A stretch of DNA of 49,725 nt from positions 1 through 49,725 of the forward strand of contig JYFJ02002865.1 in assembly GCA_000934665.2 (NCBI GenBank), given 5' to 3'. Under the pieces are notes generated by a model. It did not search any database and was not told the DNA's origin. It saw only the letters and a list, made by a program, of their open reading frames with translations. The stretch is from Catajapyx aquilonaris (Eukaryota). Positions 38,775 to 49,725 of the stretch are shown here, in pieces. Each line of letters begins with the position of its first letter. Position 1 is the first letter of the stretch. Both the position numbers and the translations under genes were made by a program.

Positions 38775-38980
38775 ACATAAAATTGGGAAAAATCCAGGCA
38801 CGTTTATTTAATTACAGTTAAAACAGGCAGGAAAATTGCAGCAATAAAGACCTTAAAATTGGGTGCAATGCATTTAAGCAAAACGACCAGGAAAATTACG
38901 GTAGGCTAATGAAGCGCTTAAATTGGGTAAGATGCATTTAATTAAAATTAAATGGCCAGGCCAAATTGCTGCAATCAAAC
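38775..38980. repeat. Degenerate tandem repeat, unit about 60-70 bp, about 3 copies
   Basis: Recurring blocks CAGGAAAATT...AAATTGGGT..ATGCATTTAA start at ~38821, ~38881 and (partial) ~38950, with a further partial unit upstream. Confidence 0.65.
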
Positions 38981-40625
38981 CTGGTAATGAACATTGACAC
39001 CTGATGCCCGAAACTGAAACCCGGCATCAGTTAGTTTGCTTATCATCGATTAACAAGTTGAATCAGCCTATCTCATTTACATCACTAGCATCTACATGAA
39101 CTCTGTTTTTTTGGTTTTTTTAGAGCTGGGAGGAGTACATTGTGTACATGGATGTTTACTATAGTATGTAGGTATTCCTTCATACAATCCCTTCTAGCCA
39201 GAGCATAATTGAAGTCGCTTACAGTATACACTCGAATTATGATGCACTAACCAGCCGCTTTCCCGCCAGCCCTTGTTTTTGCAACTTGCATAAAAACTAA
39301 ATTGCATTATGATATTTCCGCTTTTAGTTAACTTTGTGGCATCAGAAGAAACAGTGAAATATGTTTATCTGTATGGAAAATTTATTTAATTTATCATCCC
39401 ATTCGAGTGATTTTTGTGCTGCTCTCTTTAAAGACAGTTGTATGAATATGATGCGCCAGTAATTTGTTAATTTTATAATATAATAATTATTAGCGGCTAT
39501 GAGACTCGTACTAATATTACCAGCGCTGCATCAAAGACTAACAGCACAGAAATAATTCCTGAAAGCGTATCCGCATTAGGAATACGAAAGTGAGACATCA
39601 GCAGTGCCCATTTCAATAGTATATGTGTCGTTGCCAAGTGTGACGACCTTCAATCTGCCCTGTATACTCTGCTTCAAGACCATGCAGGAAACCACCATTT
39701 GGCAAAAAAATAAGAATTTTTGCCCCAGTGAACACCAAATACTCCCCAATCGGTGTTCCTGTTATGTGGGTTTCTTTGTCTCCAATTTATTTGTTTATAT
39801 AAAATCTTTTACCGGTCCATTCAAGCTCCATGCATTCTGACCACTATTCTACAACCACAACCTGTCTGTTAAAAAACTGACCTAGCCTAACTCCTATTTC
39901 TTCCTTCAGGATGATATTTCAAAGCCATGTAACAGATCCCAGGGCACAAAAGGGTGCTCCCTCAGTACCGCCCCCCTCGTGTTTCCCCACTTCAGCCTTT
40001 CCTCCTATTTCACTTTCTTGGGCTCAATTTGACGAGTAGAGAGAAAAAAGGCACGTATACTGTACACCCCTGACCGCTAAATCGTTCTCCACAGCTCACC
40101 GATTATACCCCTTCCTGTCTCCTGTCTTTCCCGAGTTTTCAAAGAAATTGCACCCTCGCCGTTTCCTTCCCCTCCGCCATTCCGTTCCTTTACGAGAATT
40201 TCTGAAGCAGTGATTGGCCTGCTTACAAGCAAGAACGGTTAATTGGCCGGCGGTGGAATCCGCAAAGTGCGCCGCGGCAATGTTAGTTAGCCTAGGTCTC
40301 TTGTCCGAGGATTAGCGCCTGACGAAGCCTGCAATTATTAGGCGACTTACGGTCTTACAGTAACCCTCCCCCCTCCCTCTTCCGTTCCCCCCCGCCTTCC
40401 CCCACTTGCTGTCTGCTCCCGCCACCTTCCTTCAGAGATATGCCTTGCTGGCATTCCGGATCCTCTAATAACAGGGCTATAAAGTGTGACATCCCCTCGG
40501 CTCTTGTACAGTACACGACCTTTTCCGTAGGTTCCAGTAATGCTTGTGTTTCTCCGTTGTAATTGAAACACCGGTTTTAGCTAGCCGGATACTATGAATG
40601 TTTGGTCGTAGTGAAATATCAGGTG

Positions 40626-40797
40626 GAATCGCCAGCAGTACCAATCCTAAATCATGATTATCCTGAATGGTAGGCCACTCGCACCACCTCGCTAATGTTG
40701 GAAATGAAAAGATTGTCATACTGGAGATGGTGCGGGTGGCCTACCCTTCAGGAGAAACCTAATTCAAATCTGGTACCTTATTTTGTGCTGGATGCTT
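40626..40797. mobile_element. Second, diverged copy of the outer MITE family at 739-1036, without the nested element
   Basis: The right end GGTGGCCTACCCTTCAGGAGAAAC...TCTGGTACC...TTGTGCTGG aligns with 980-1030. The left arm TTATCCTGAATGGTAGGCCACTCGCACCA is its inverted counterpart. TA follows at 40798-40799. Confidence 0.75.
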
Positions 40798-43700
40798 TAC
40801 TAACAAGTAAGAGCATTATATTCAATTTGTACTTAAGCACTAGGTTTAGACTATAGCGTCAAAAGTTTTATGGAGGATTCTGTCACCCACTGCTGCCATA
40901 TCCCTGCCCCGGTGAGATTCAAGTTATGACAGTTTGACTACATCTCACGTTGAGAAATAACGACTTTATCTATGAAAAATCAATACATTTTGATATCCCA
41001 TGGGTGCATTCAACATCTTTGCCCCAGACAAGAAGAGGGGATAAAACACGCTATCTGGAGTAGCTGGGCGCTTCGCTTGAAGCCTTATCAGTAGTGGTCA
41101 GGCCTTCAAGCCTCAGGGGAACCGTCAGGGGGGAACTCGAAGGAATAAAAATGGTTAAAAAATTGAGAGGGGAAAAAAACGCTCGAAACTTGTGGTCTCA
41201 TCAGTGGCCAAGTTAGCGGATTCTAACGGCGCGGCGGTGACAAAAAAAAGTAAGTAGACCTAATGGGGCTGAATGTTCGGAATCCGTGGGAGTGACCAAA
41301 AACAAAACCGTGGCCCTGGCGAACTTAGGAATTGCCTCAAGCCTCTTTTCAGAGGGGTAAGTCGGGAAGGTTTCATTTGTTCGACAACAATCTCGGCGGA
41401 TTAGAGTCAGCTAGAAGAATTCGTTTCTCCCCATTTCCGAACTCAAAGACCGGGTTCTTATCTCTCATCCAGAGGGATTCGCGGTTTTGTGTGATCAACG
41501 CACGTGCCTAGTGCACCTTTGGCTGGCTATAGCACCACCCAAAAATACTAGCTCTATTGTATCACACACTGTATTAATTTTTATATATATTTGAACTGAA
41601 TAATTATGAGGTTTCTCAGTGGGACATTAATGGATGATCCCTTGACGTCAGACATGATGGACACGATTTTAAATGTAGTTTTGTCGTCCTCTGGAGGCCG
41701 AGTCATCGCTCAAGTGTAACCCCGCCTCCACTTCGATATGACACAATGCTTGTTCGCCTGTTTCGCTTCCCACAAGTCAGGGGATCCTTTTCCTGGACCA
41801 AATGGCACGATTTCTACACCGTCCCCCACCCCTTTCTCACCCTCTCTTACACCCTATCCCTGAAGTCTCACTGCAGGGAAATCGATAGGACGTATCACGA
41901 GTCTTCAATGGAGAAAAAAAAGTAGCCAATATTGGAACAAGTTCGCTGAGACGTTAACAAGGAGAGAATCGAGCAATATTTAGCCTGCATGTGAAGTACG
42001 AAAAAAAAATAGTGCGGATCGTTTGTGTAACAACCTTTGTTCCCATCAGTGGACATTGTTTTTCTTTCCACCAAGTTAACCTCTGCTATGATATTGCCAG
42101 TTTCAATTGGTGAGTTGCCATTATTTCTTGCTGAAGTTGTCTTTTGAGTCATTATCTGGGCCCTTAACTTGCTGGGTAGATTGTTAACAATGCTCTTGAG
42201 ATAGGTTTAGTTCCGTGATGCTGGAGAATTTATTGTAAAGAAGCTTCTCCTGGGAAAGTGCCTAAGGGCGAGTAATTTTACTTTACTGGAATAGCAGCTG
42301 TTTTCGTGTTGGGCCCACGGTACATCCCTTCCGCTGTTTAAAAGTTACGGATGAAAGTTTGATTTGCATAAAACGGATTGTACTAATCAACAGGGAGCAT
42401 GTGAAAGTCTGGACATACCAGTTTAACTGGTTTTTATACTAATAAACTTTCACACTTTGAATTTTCGAAATATGTAGAGGAAGACTAAAGAGCAACAGCT
42501 TTTATTAGATTTTAAAATATCGTCAATAAGCAAACTCCAAACACAAGTTATTATAATAGCCGCAGTAAAACTCTGTGACTGCAATGAAGTGTTTGAGAGC
42601 ATGACATTCGTACAATACCCTCACCGGAAACCATCATAAACTCCCACATTTCAGCCAGATTCAGTACCGTACTTCCAGACCCATCCATAAGGTAATATGG
42701 GTGGGGACATCCAATTATTGCTTATTCAAACAGATGTCATTTTTCTCCACAAATAGCCGCACACAGATTGAAAACCGGTCACAAGAACATTTCTAAAGCC
42801 GGTTTTATAAAGAATGCATTTAAAAATATTTTGCCTCATCTGGTGACAGTGTTTGAACTTGGCGCCTTTGCCCCAACCCCCATCTTGAAGCACTCTGATA
42901 AACTACGGGTCAATTTAATGCAATTTCATCTATGTCATATCTGAATGTCCGTCACCCCCACCCTCCACCTCAACCAACACTCCACCCTACTCCAAACTTT
43001 AGCCTCCCCCTACCTTTTGGAATAAAAAAAAAGTCCGTTGGCGAGCGGGTGCAACTGGCGTTTGGTGAGATCCATTGGTGAGGAAGGTGGCCATCATCGT
43101 TGAATTTCCCTTCTTTGGCAGGAGCGAAAAGCGGGGATTGGAAGGAAGGGAGAGGGTTGGAATATCATCTAGATGTGCGATTTCAGTGTGAGCAGTAAGT
43201 CGGAATTCCGGGAATCAGAGTTTGAGCGAGGAGATGGAGAGGCTGCGACTCCCAAGAAAATACCCGGCTTTTCTTAGTGGCTTTACCAGAGCCCAATTCA
43301 AGCTGCAGGCCTTCAAAGCTACACTATCGTAATATCTCTTTTGGCCAGATTAAAAATGATGAGTTCGCGTGGTTAAAAGATGGGTGAAAGAAAGATATAT
43401 GTTGCTGAGGTCAAAAGCTAAAAGGAATGACCTACTTTTTGGGTATAGAATCAGCTATATCCTTTCAAAACTTGGTGAACTGCTATTACCTGAAGTACCG
43501 GTACAGTACGTGTTGACATATCCCCCATCAGCACACTACATTTCTTGCTAGCACGCCCCATTTGCATTGGAAACGAATCTTTGCTTTCAGTCCCATCTTC
43601 TCCGATCACTGATCGGTGAATGTTTTTCTTTTGTTTCGGCTGGAATAGGAAAATAAACAAGGCGACGTTTATAGAATCGATTCTAGGCCACCACCTCCCC

Positions 43701-45539
43701 CCTCCCTCCCCACCCCCTTTCCCCTCTACCACTCCAAAGCCTATATCCCAATGCAAATAGTTCCGTCGGAAAAGGGAAACGGGGTTCTTGTTACTGGGAT
43801 TTATTTTGGAAAGAGGACAAGAGTCGGTCGAATTTATACGCCGCAATATCCCACGTTTGAAGGGCTCGACATAATATCATTACATGATGTCCAAGTCTGT
43901 CAAGCGTGTAACTACACCACTCTACTTGGGAACGCAGTACTTTTTTTATTATTTTTTTTCAAAAAAAAAAAAGTTGCACATCTTGAAAAGTTGTGTTCAG
44001 TAACATGTTAAATATTAAACAATTTGTAATATAGTACTAGGCATATACCTAATGATGTTCAATCTTATACTTTACGATGGATAATTAAGCGGCGCTCACT
44101 ATTGAATTCTTAGAAGCCTTTTTAAATATGTAAATTAACTTTTTTGACGCATTTTGCTATTCCGCTATCAGCAGGTGATTACTGGCCACACTCAGGATCA
44201 TTCGATGTCAATCACTAGATCAGAGCGCATATTTTATTACCAAAGTTTTGAATCCCCCACCCATTAACTTTTCCAATGCCGTTTGGGAATGATAAAGCTC
44301 CTGGAGGAGATGATGAAGAAGAGTTACGCTTTCTTCTGTCTCCGGTACTTTGAACAAAGTGATATTGCGACTTTTGCCGGAAATTAAATGCCGTGCACTT
44401 TTTAGAGAAGGGTTAGAAGGATGATGACGGGTAGAGAGAGAGAGAGAGAAAAAAATTGTAATCCGCCGTCCCTCGATGTAATGTTACAGTACGCATTGCT
44501 GACGTGATATGGACCATTTGGGTTTGAAATGCAATGGGGACCTCTCCTGTTGCTGTTGTACTTTGACGCAATATAAAATGTCTAAATGCGCGGAAAACTT
44601 GACGTCCCTCGTTATTTGATTGCCTAAGCGATGTCATTGACTGTCCCAATTGATGGGCTCTCAAATAGTGACCATTCCGACCCCCGATTTTGGCACCAGT
44701 GTTGCCACAGATCGCCTGTTGCGAAGGGTTTATTTATTTATTTTATTATGAATCTTCCAGTGGAGTTATGCTATGCTAACTGAGCCGCACGTTTTTGTTT
44801 TCCGTGAGGCCTGTTACAGTGTTGACATTCAATTATTCATGTGGCTTTGTATCCGCGATACTTTTGCATAATTGTTGCGAATTTGCATTGCGGAGCGATG
44901 CTTATTGCCCCTGAGGGATGCACTCTCTGGTGAACAGGAGTGGCGCATGAGTTGCATATACTCTCAGGATAACGGTGCTGCAGGGAGTGGGGGGTAGGGG
45001 TTGCAATGAGCGTATCTGCCATTTGTGCAGTACGTTTATTTCTGCGTTGGATAATTTCATGGCGGCCAGCCTAATTGATGTGGTTTTTGAAGTCGTGCAG
45101 GATTAATTGTGACCAGTGACGTTTTCTAAATATGGTATGAACTGGTGGCAGATACAGTCTGATATGCAAACTACTGTCGACAAGTCTATATGGCTCATGG
45201 AAGATTTACGGACGGACGTGTGTGATAACTCAGTGCTTGCAATATTTGCCCCATTTTTGACAGTTATATCAGTGCATATTGTCATATATGACGCAGCTCA
45301 ACAACAACAATAATCAAGTGTGGTGCATCTGGCAGAAACCTTTGTTAAGCCTACATTTTATTATTGTACATACAATAATTAAGATATTAAAACATTTGTA
45401 GCAGGGTTCATGAGCGAGGAAGGAGTGACCTGGATGTAGGTGTGAGTGCAATGCCTTAATTGGACATTTGTGTTACCCTGGGTGGGTCTAGCGGAAATTC
45501 CACCAAGATGGAGCCGAAGATAACTCCGCACGAATTGGA

Positions 45540-45614
45540 AAGTAAAGATTGGGCTTGGGCTTGAACTCGGGACTCTTCTATTTATAGGCGCGAAAGTATC
45601 TACTCAGCCTTCCC
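45540..45614 (-). mobile_element. Possible old tRNA-derived SINE head (degenerate)
   Basis: Minus strand GGGAAGGCTGAGTAG...GTCCCGAGTTCAAGCCC has A-box-like and B-box-like motifs at tRNA-like spacing. No TSD or tail identified. Confidence 0.3.
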
Positions 45615-46125
45615 AATTTAAAATATCATTGTCGGCAAAGTGGGATTTTGATGCCATTTACAACGTCAGGAGTCTGTAACAGAAGAGTCGTGACATGGGA
45701 CACAGTTGATGGTGAAGAAAGTCGATGCAGTCGCCAACGTGATCGACCGTTCAGAGGACACTAAACCCTTATTATAAAGAGAGCATGCAAATTGGTCGGG
45801 ACTCACATGCTGTTGAAAACCAGTTTTACTAATGAACTTCCTCTGCCTATCCCACTCACAGGTGATGACCTTGTTAAAATTTTGAGCGGCCATCACCAAC
45901 CACCACTTGACAGCTACTTTCCTCTGCCATAGACATGTGACACTCATTTGTTCTCAGTCATTTTCACCGCTTTTTACCCGCGTTTTTTGACGCGAAATGG
46001 CCCTTGTGTTATGAGCAAGTGACACGTATTTCCCTCATCACCATACTGTATTGAGGAGGGTTCAACTTATTAACTATACGTAACAAAACTTTTGACAAAT
46101 TAAATAGCAATTATCAGACCCTTCA

Positions 46126-46194
46126 GCTTCTGTAGTTCAGTGGCAGAACACACACTCTTGAGTGTGCACCTGGGTTCGATTCCCAGCGGAGGCA
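46126..46194 (+). pseudogene. tRNA-like element (pseudo-tRNA or isolated SINE head) with 6-nt anticodon loop
   Basis: Folds as a cloverleaf: acceptor GCTTCTG/CGGAGGC+A, D arm GTTC-AGTGGCA-GAAC, anticodon arm CACAC-TCTTGA-GTGTG, 3-nt variable region, T arm CTGGG-TTCGATT-CCCAG. The anticodon loop is 1 nt short and there is no adjacent oligo-T terminator. Confidence 0.75.
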
Positions 46195-49100
46195 ACATGG
46201 GTCAGATCTACAAAAATCTGTAAGGTTATATGATAACACATAAAAAGGAAGTTCTCCACAGAGTTTTCTGGAGCTCGTGGATCCTATTTGTTGCCGGTAT
46301 TTTTCCCTCTCTCTCCCGTATTTTTTTTAAAAATAGAAGGGTGACGACACTGATGGCGAGAAGCTGTCTATCTCCATGAGACGGAGTCGAAATGTCTTCA
46401 AAAAGTCCAATCCTTTTTTCTTCTCCCTCCTCCCCCATCCACACACCCCACACAACTCCCACCTTAGGCCTGAGGCGAAGGGGTTTCCAGAGCAAAGCGC
46501 GATTTCCATAAAATGAGGAACAGAGACGCTGTCATTTTGAGAACATCGATATCCGCCTCCTTTGCAACCTCGCTACGGAGACCCTTTATCACGTTGACTC
46601 ACTATTCAACCCTTTGAAATCCCTCGCGTCCGATCCACCTCCTCCTGCCACCCCCCTCCTCCCCATCCACCTTCCCCAAACTACTCCGAACTGGGATGAA
46701 TTCGGAGCAAAGTGGTGCAACTTTATCACGGGTTTATTTGCCCAGCGTCGTGAGTGTTTTACGCCTTACGGCTTCTGGATGTGAGGGGTTATACAGGGAG
46801 GGGGTGCAAGAAAATTCGGCAATTTTTCATGCCCATCCGGATCTCTAGTGGAAGCCTCAGCTATTTTTTTTAAACCGCTGTTTTATTAGTTAGCAAATAA
46901 TCAGTGAAGGCAACATATTAGAGGATCCTGTTTCGGGACGATGGAGGGAAGGACTCACAAAATGGGCCTGTCGAGAGACTGGAGGTATGTGGCATGCATG
47001 CATGCCTTTAACCTGACACTCTGACAGGGTGTGGAAGTATGTGGGAGCTAGTAGAAAAAAATGGTGTAGCAACTACGGACAACAAGATTGCCCCTTAGGA
47101 AAGGTAGGGGCTCTTATAAGGATGCTTAGTCGGTCAACTGGAACGATCCAGCATGCGTGCAATAAAGTATTCAGGATGTGTGGGCCTCCATGTAATATGC
47201 CTTGAGATGGGGAATCTGCACAGGTGCGCTACCAGCTCGCAATTCCAGCTTTCCGAGAGGAAAATGAATGGTGGTAGTTACAAAAATCATTATGGCGTAA
47301 ATTATTGCAAGGGTTGGCTAGTCTATACTTTTGACTCTGGTGATAACCGGCGGCCATGTTTGAAGCGGGTAGGGGCCGAAAATCACCGTTCTCATCAGTG
47401 GCAGAAATTGTTGGGCCGTCGGCCAACCCCTCTCTTTCCGGATAATGAAGCCTGCGTTCGAGGGAAGCATCCAATATGAAGTGAATAACTCGGCCCAGTT
47501 CGGTTGCATTTTCGATCGTTCTGTACCCCGAATGCACTCCGGTGGTGTGTTAACATAAGCTAATGACGAAAGCCACATAATGGCGACGCAACTGACGAAG
47601 TCAGGGCGAGCCGCTCACTTTGCATTCAGCCAAGTGGGCTTACAGTGTGCGGCGCAACATCCTTCATCTGCATAACAGTCAGGTCGCTCCAGTCAAAAAA
47701 GACGGAAACTGCAGAAAAAAACGGTCTATGGAGATGGCATTTTGCACTTTTCCGGGAGTGGTACCCTATACTGCACACCTTGGAGTCATACCTGAATTAT
47801 CTTCTATGCGTGATTCATTATTCAGTGAACTTCTTTTTTGTCAAAGGACAAGTGCAAGTGCTTTGTGACTATAGTTGAAATAATTAGTAGGTTTACATTC
47901 TCACTGCAATACTTCTAACAATATAATTCGGCATTTAAATCTGCTTTGCCTTCCTGTAAATGAGGATTTATTTGAAAATAATATGCACAATTATTCGCCT
48001 GTATTGCACTACTTTTATGATTATTAGATTAATATTATTATTACACATACCGCACTCTAAAATATGAGCAACATCTTGAATTTGCCAAAGCTTACTTCCA
48101 CGAAACATTTCGTCGAAGAAATATAACTTACGATAATGCCAATACTACCTTACAATATGTTTACATTGAAAGCTTTGGGATGTGCCCATAAGTCTCTCAA
48201 GATGCGCCACTGGACTAACTCTCCCAGCGTCGGCTTTGGGCTAACTTGTTATACTATTGATGTTCTTTCCGCTAACGACATGGAGGGGTGGAAGGGAATG
48301 GAAAACGGAAAGACCCCTCTTCCCCTAAAAAATAATCCTAGATACCAGGCTGATAGCAATTTTCACTCTCCATGGTCGTAAGCAACTCTGATATTCTGTG
48401 AGAGCGTGTAAGAAAAAGAGAAAGAAAAAAAAGCGAGTGACAACGTCGCTTCATAAATATAAAATGCGGTTGCCATCTTTGGTGTTCTTCCTTTTTCTCC
48501 GTCGGATGGATGGGCACAGCATGTTCATGACTCTATAACGGGAATAATGCAAGGATAGTAGAGGATATCAGGACTTTGAAGGCCTACGTAGGCGCTGGCT
48601 GAATTTATGGGAGGTCTGTGACACGGGAAAAGAGCGATGGACCCTTATTTAGTGGCCCTGCTGTCGGTTCGAGGTACCTACTTCCAATGATATTAAAACC
48701 CCCAAAATGGCTAGTTTCGATGCAAAAGCTCCGCGACAAGAGAAGAACACACCTTCCTCATCGTCTAAAATAATTTTCTCGACGAACATCTACTTTAGCC
48801 TGCATACTACTGTGATGGGTTTTCGAAAGATGATATATTTTAGTACATAGCTGCTAATTGAAAAAAAAAATTATCTGTAAAAACATGCGAGCGAAAGAGC
48901 CTGGTAGAGTGTTGATTTCTGAATGCAGTGTACGTGGGCCAAATTCCGCTATTAAAGTCAGATTGTCACTGCTGCGCTTGACACAAAGATTAATTGCGTT
49001 CGCGCAACTTCCACCGTTTTTCAGCCTAAAGCCGTAGACCATTGCCACGCAAAACTTTTCTCCTCGAGAAAGTCATTTTTATTTTCAAGCCAGGATATTC

Positions 49101-49725
49101 ATCTTTCTCTCCTCCTATAGTGAAAACCGCCGAATAAAATCCTCCGCAAAAAAGGTGTCCTTATAATAAAAGCGCGCGTTTTAATCACATGTGCGCTGTG
49201 CTGTTTTTCAGCGGAAATTTTCAGGCTGGGGTAATTCCACGACAGTTCAGGTAAAATTAAATAAAAATGTCACCCTCTATCCTGGGATGTGAACGAAAAT
49301 TGGAGCTTGGCTTAATGATGCCGAGTAAGAAACAGTTTGAATTTTTTTATTCCCCCCAAATTCCAAGGTCACGCGGTACAGCGCTGACAAAAATGACGCG
49401 ATCGCGAAACAGCATGCCACTCGTCGGTTCATATCTCGGCAAGTATATGTCACAGAGATACAAAATAGGCGTCAAAGGATGCGGGAGGATCCGCGCGTTC
49501 TAGTAATATTTATTTAAAATTTTACGGTGTAGAAAAACGTGAATTAGCTAAGGGTCGAAATATGTTTGCCAAAATAAAGTCGTGTTGCTCGCCCCGGGGA
49601 ATTTTTCCAAAATATACCGAAATTACAAGGGATATTCCTCTATCGATTGGTGAAATAAAATCGAAGGTGTTAAATTTTGTTTTCGAGAAAAAAATTCCCG
49701 AAGGAAGGCATGCGCGCCTCCGCGC

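Larger units (their letters stand above)
18707..49725 (+). other. Probable long first intron of the IB-domain gene (3' end not identified)
   Basis: Begins with GTGAGT. No downstream phase-1 exon with a plausible Cys-rich continuation was found by eye, although small exons could have been missed. Confidence 0.55.

Noticed and set aside
40320..40354. Hammerhead-like CTGACGA-AGCCT...AGGC-GACTTACGGTC
   Set aside because: The GAAA core is replaced by GACTTA and stem I cannot form; at most a dead relic.
41066..41095. Minus-strand CTGATAAGGCTTCAAGCGAAGCG resembling a Penelope mini-hammerhead
   Set aside because: Two core mismatches and no NUH cleavage triplet or stem I.
49481..49504. Hairpin + CTAGT resembling a Helitron 3' end
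   Set aside because: Stem only 4-5 bp, spacing short, and no 5' TC end or second copy identifiable.
1..49725. General TAATCC/GGATTA enrichment and many G/C runs with G-quadruplex potential
   Set aside because: The 6-mer count (roughly two dozen by eye) is no more than expected. G/C tracts are scattered throughout and look like genomic background or decayed repeat remnants.

Overview
Eukaryotic, almost certainly animal (probably invertebrate) genomic DNA. It is roughly 40% GC by eye, rich in homopolymer and microsatellite tracts, and almost entirely non-coding. Nothing prokaryotic (operons, CRISPR, phage) is visible. The only convincing coding segment is one + strand exon (18454-18706) encoding a signal peptide plus a complete 12-Cys IGFBP-type (IB) N-terminal domain. 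It ends at a phase-1 GTGAGT donor. The parent gene could be CCN-, CRIM1-, crimpy/DGCR2-like or IGFBP-related, which cannot be resolved from this exon alone. I found no convincing second exon, so the remaining ~31 kb is probably one long intron, and it contains a candidate recursive (AG|GT) splice site. The rest is small mobile DNA: two full-length tRNA-derived SINEs of different origin (one with a perfect 17-bp TSD), a cloverleaf tRNA-like element with an aberrant anticodon loop, a MITE nested inside another MITE (with an un-nested sister copy 40 kb away), a 66-bp mini-MITE and a 61-bp TSD-flanked retro-insertion. Nearly all entries in the ORF track are spurious. I see no strong evidence for a novel multi-gene system; the best leads are splicing and translation control of the IB-domain gene and possibly undescribed SINE/MITE families.
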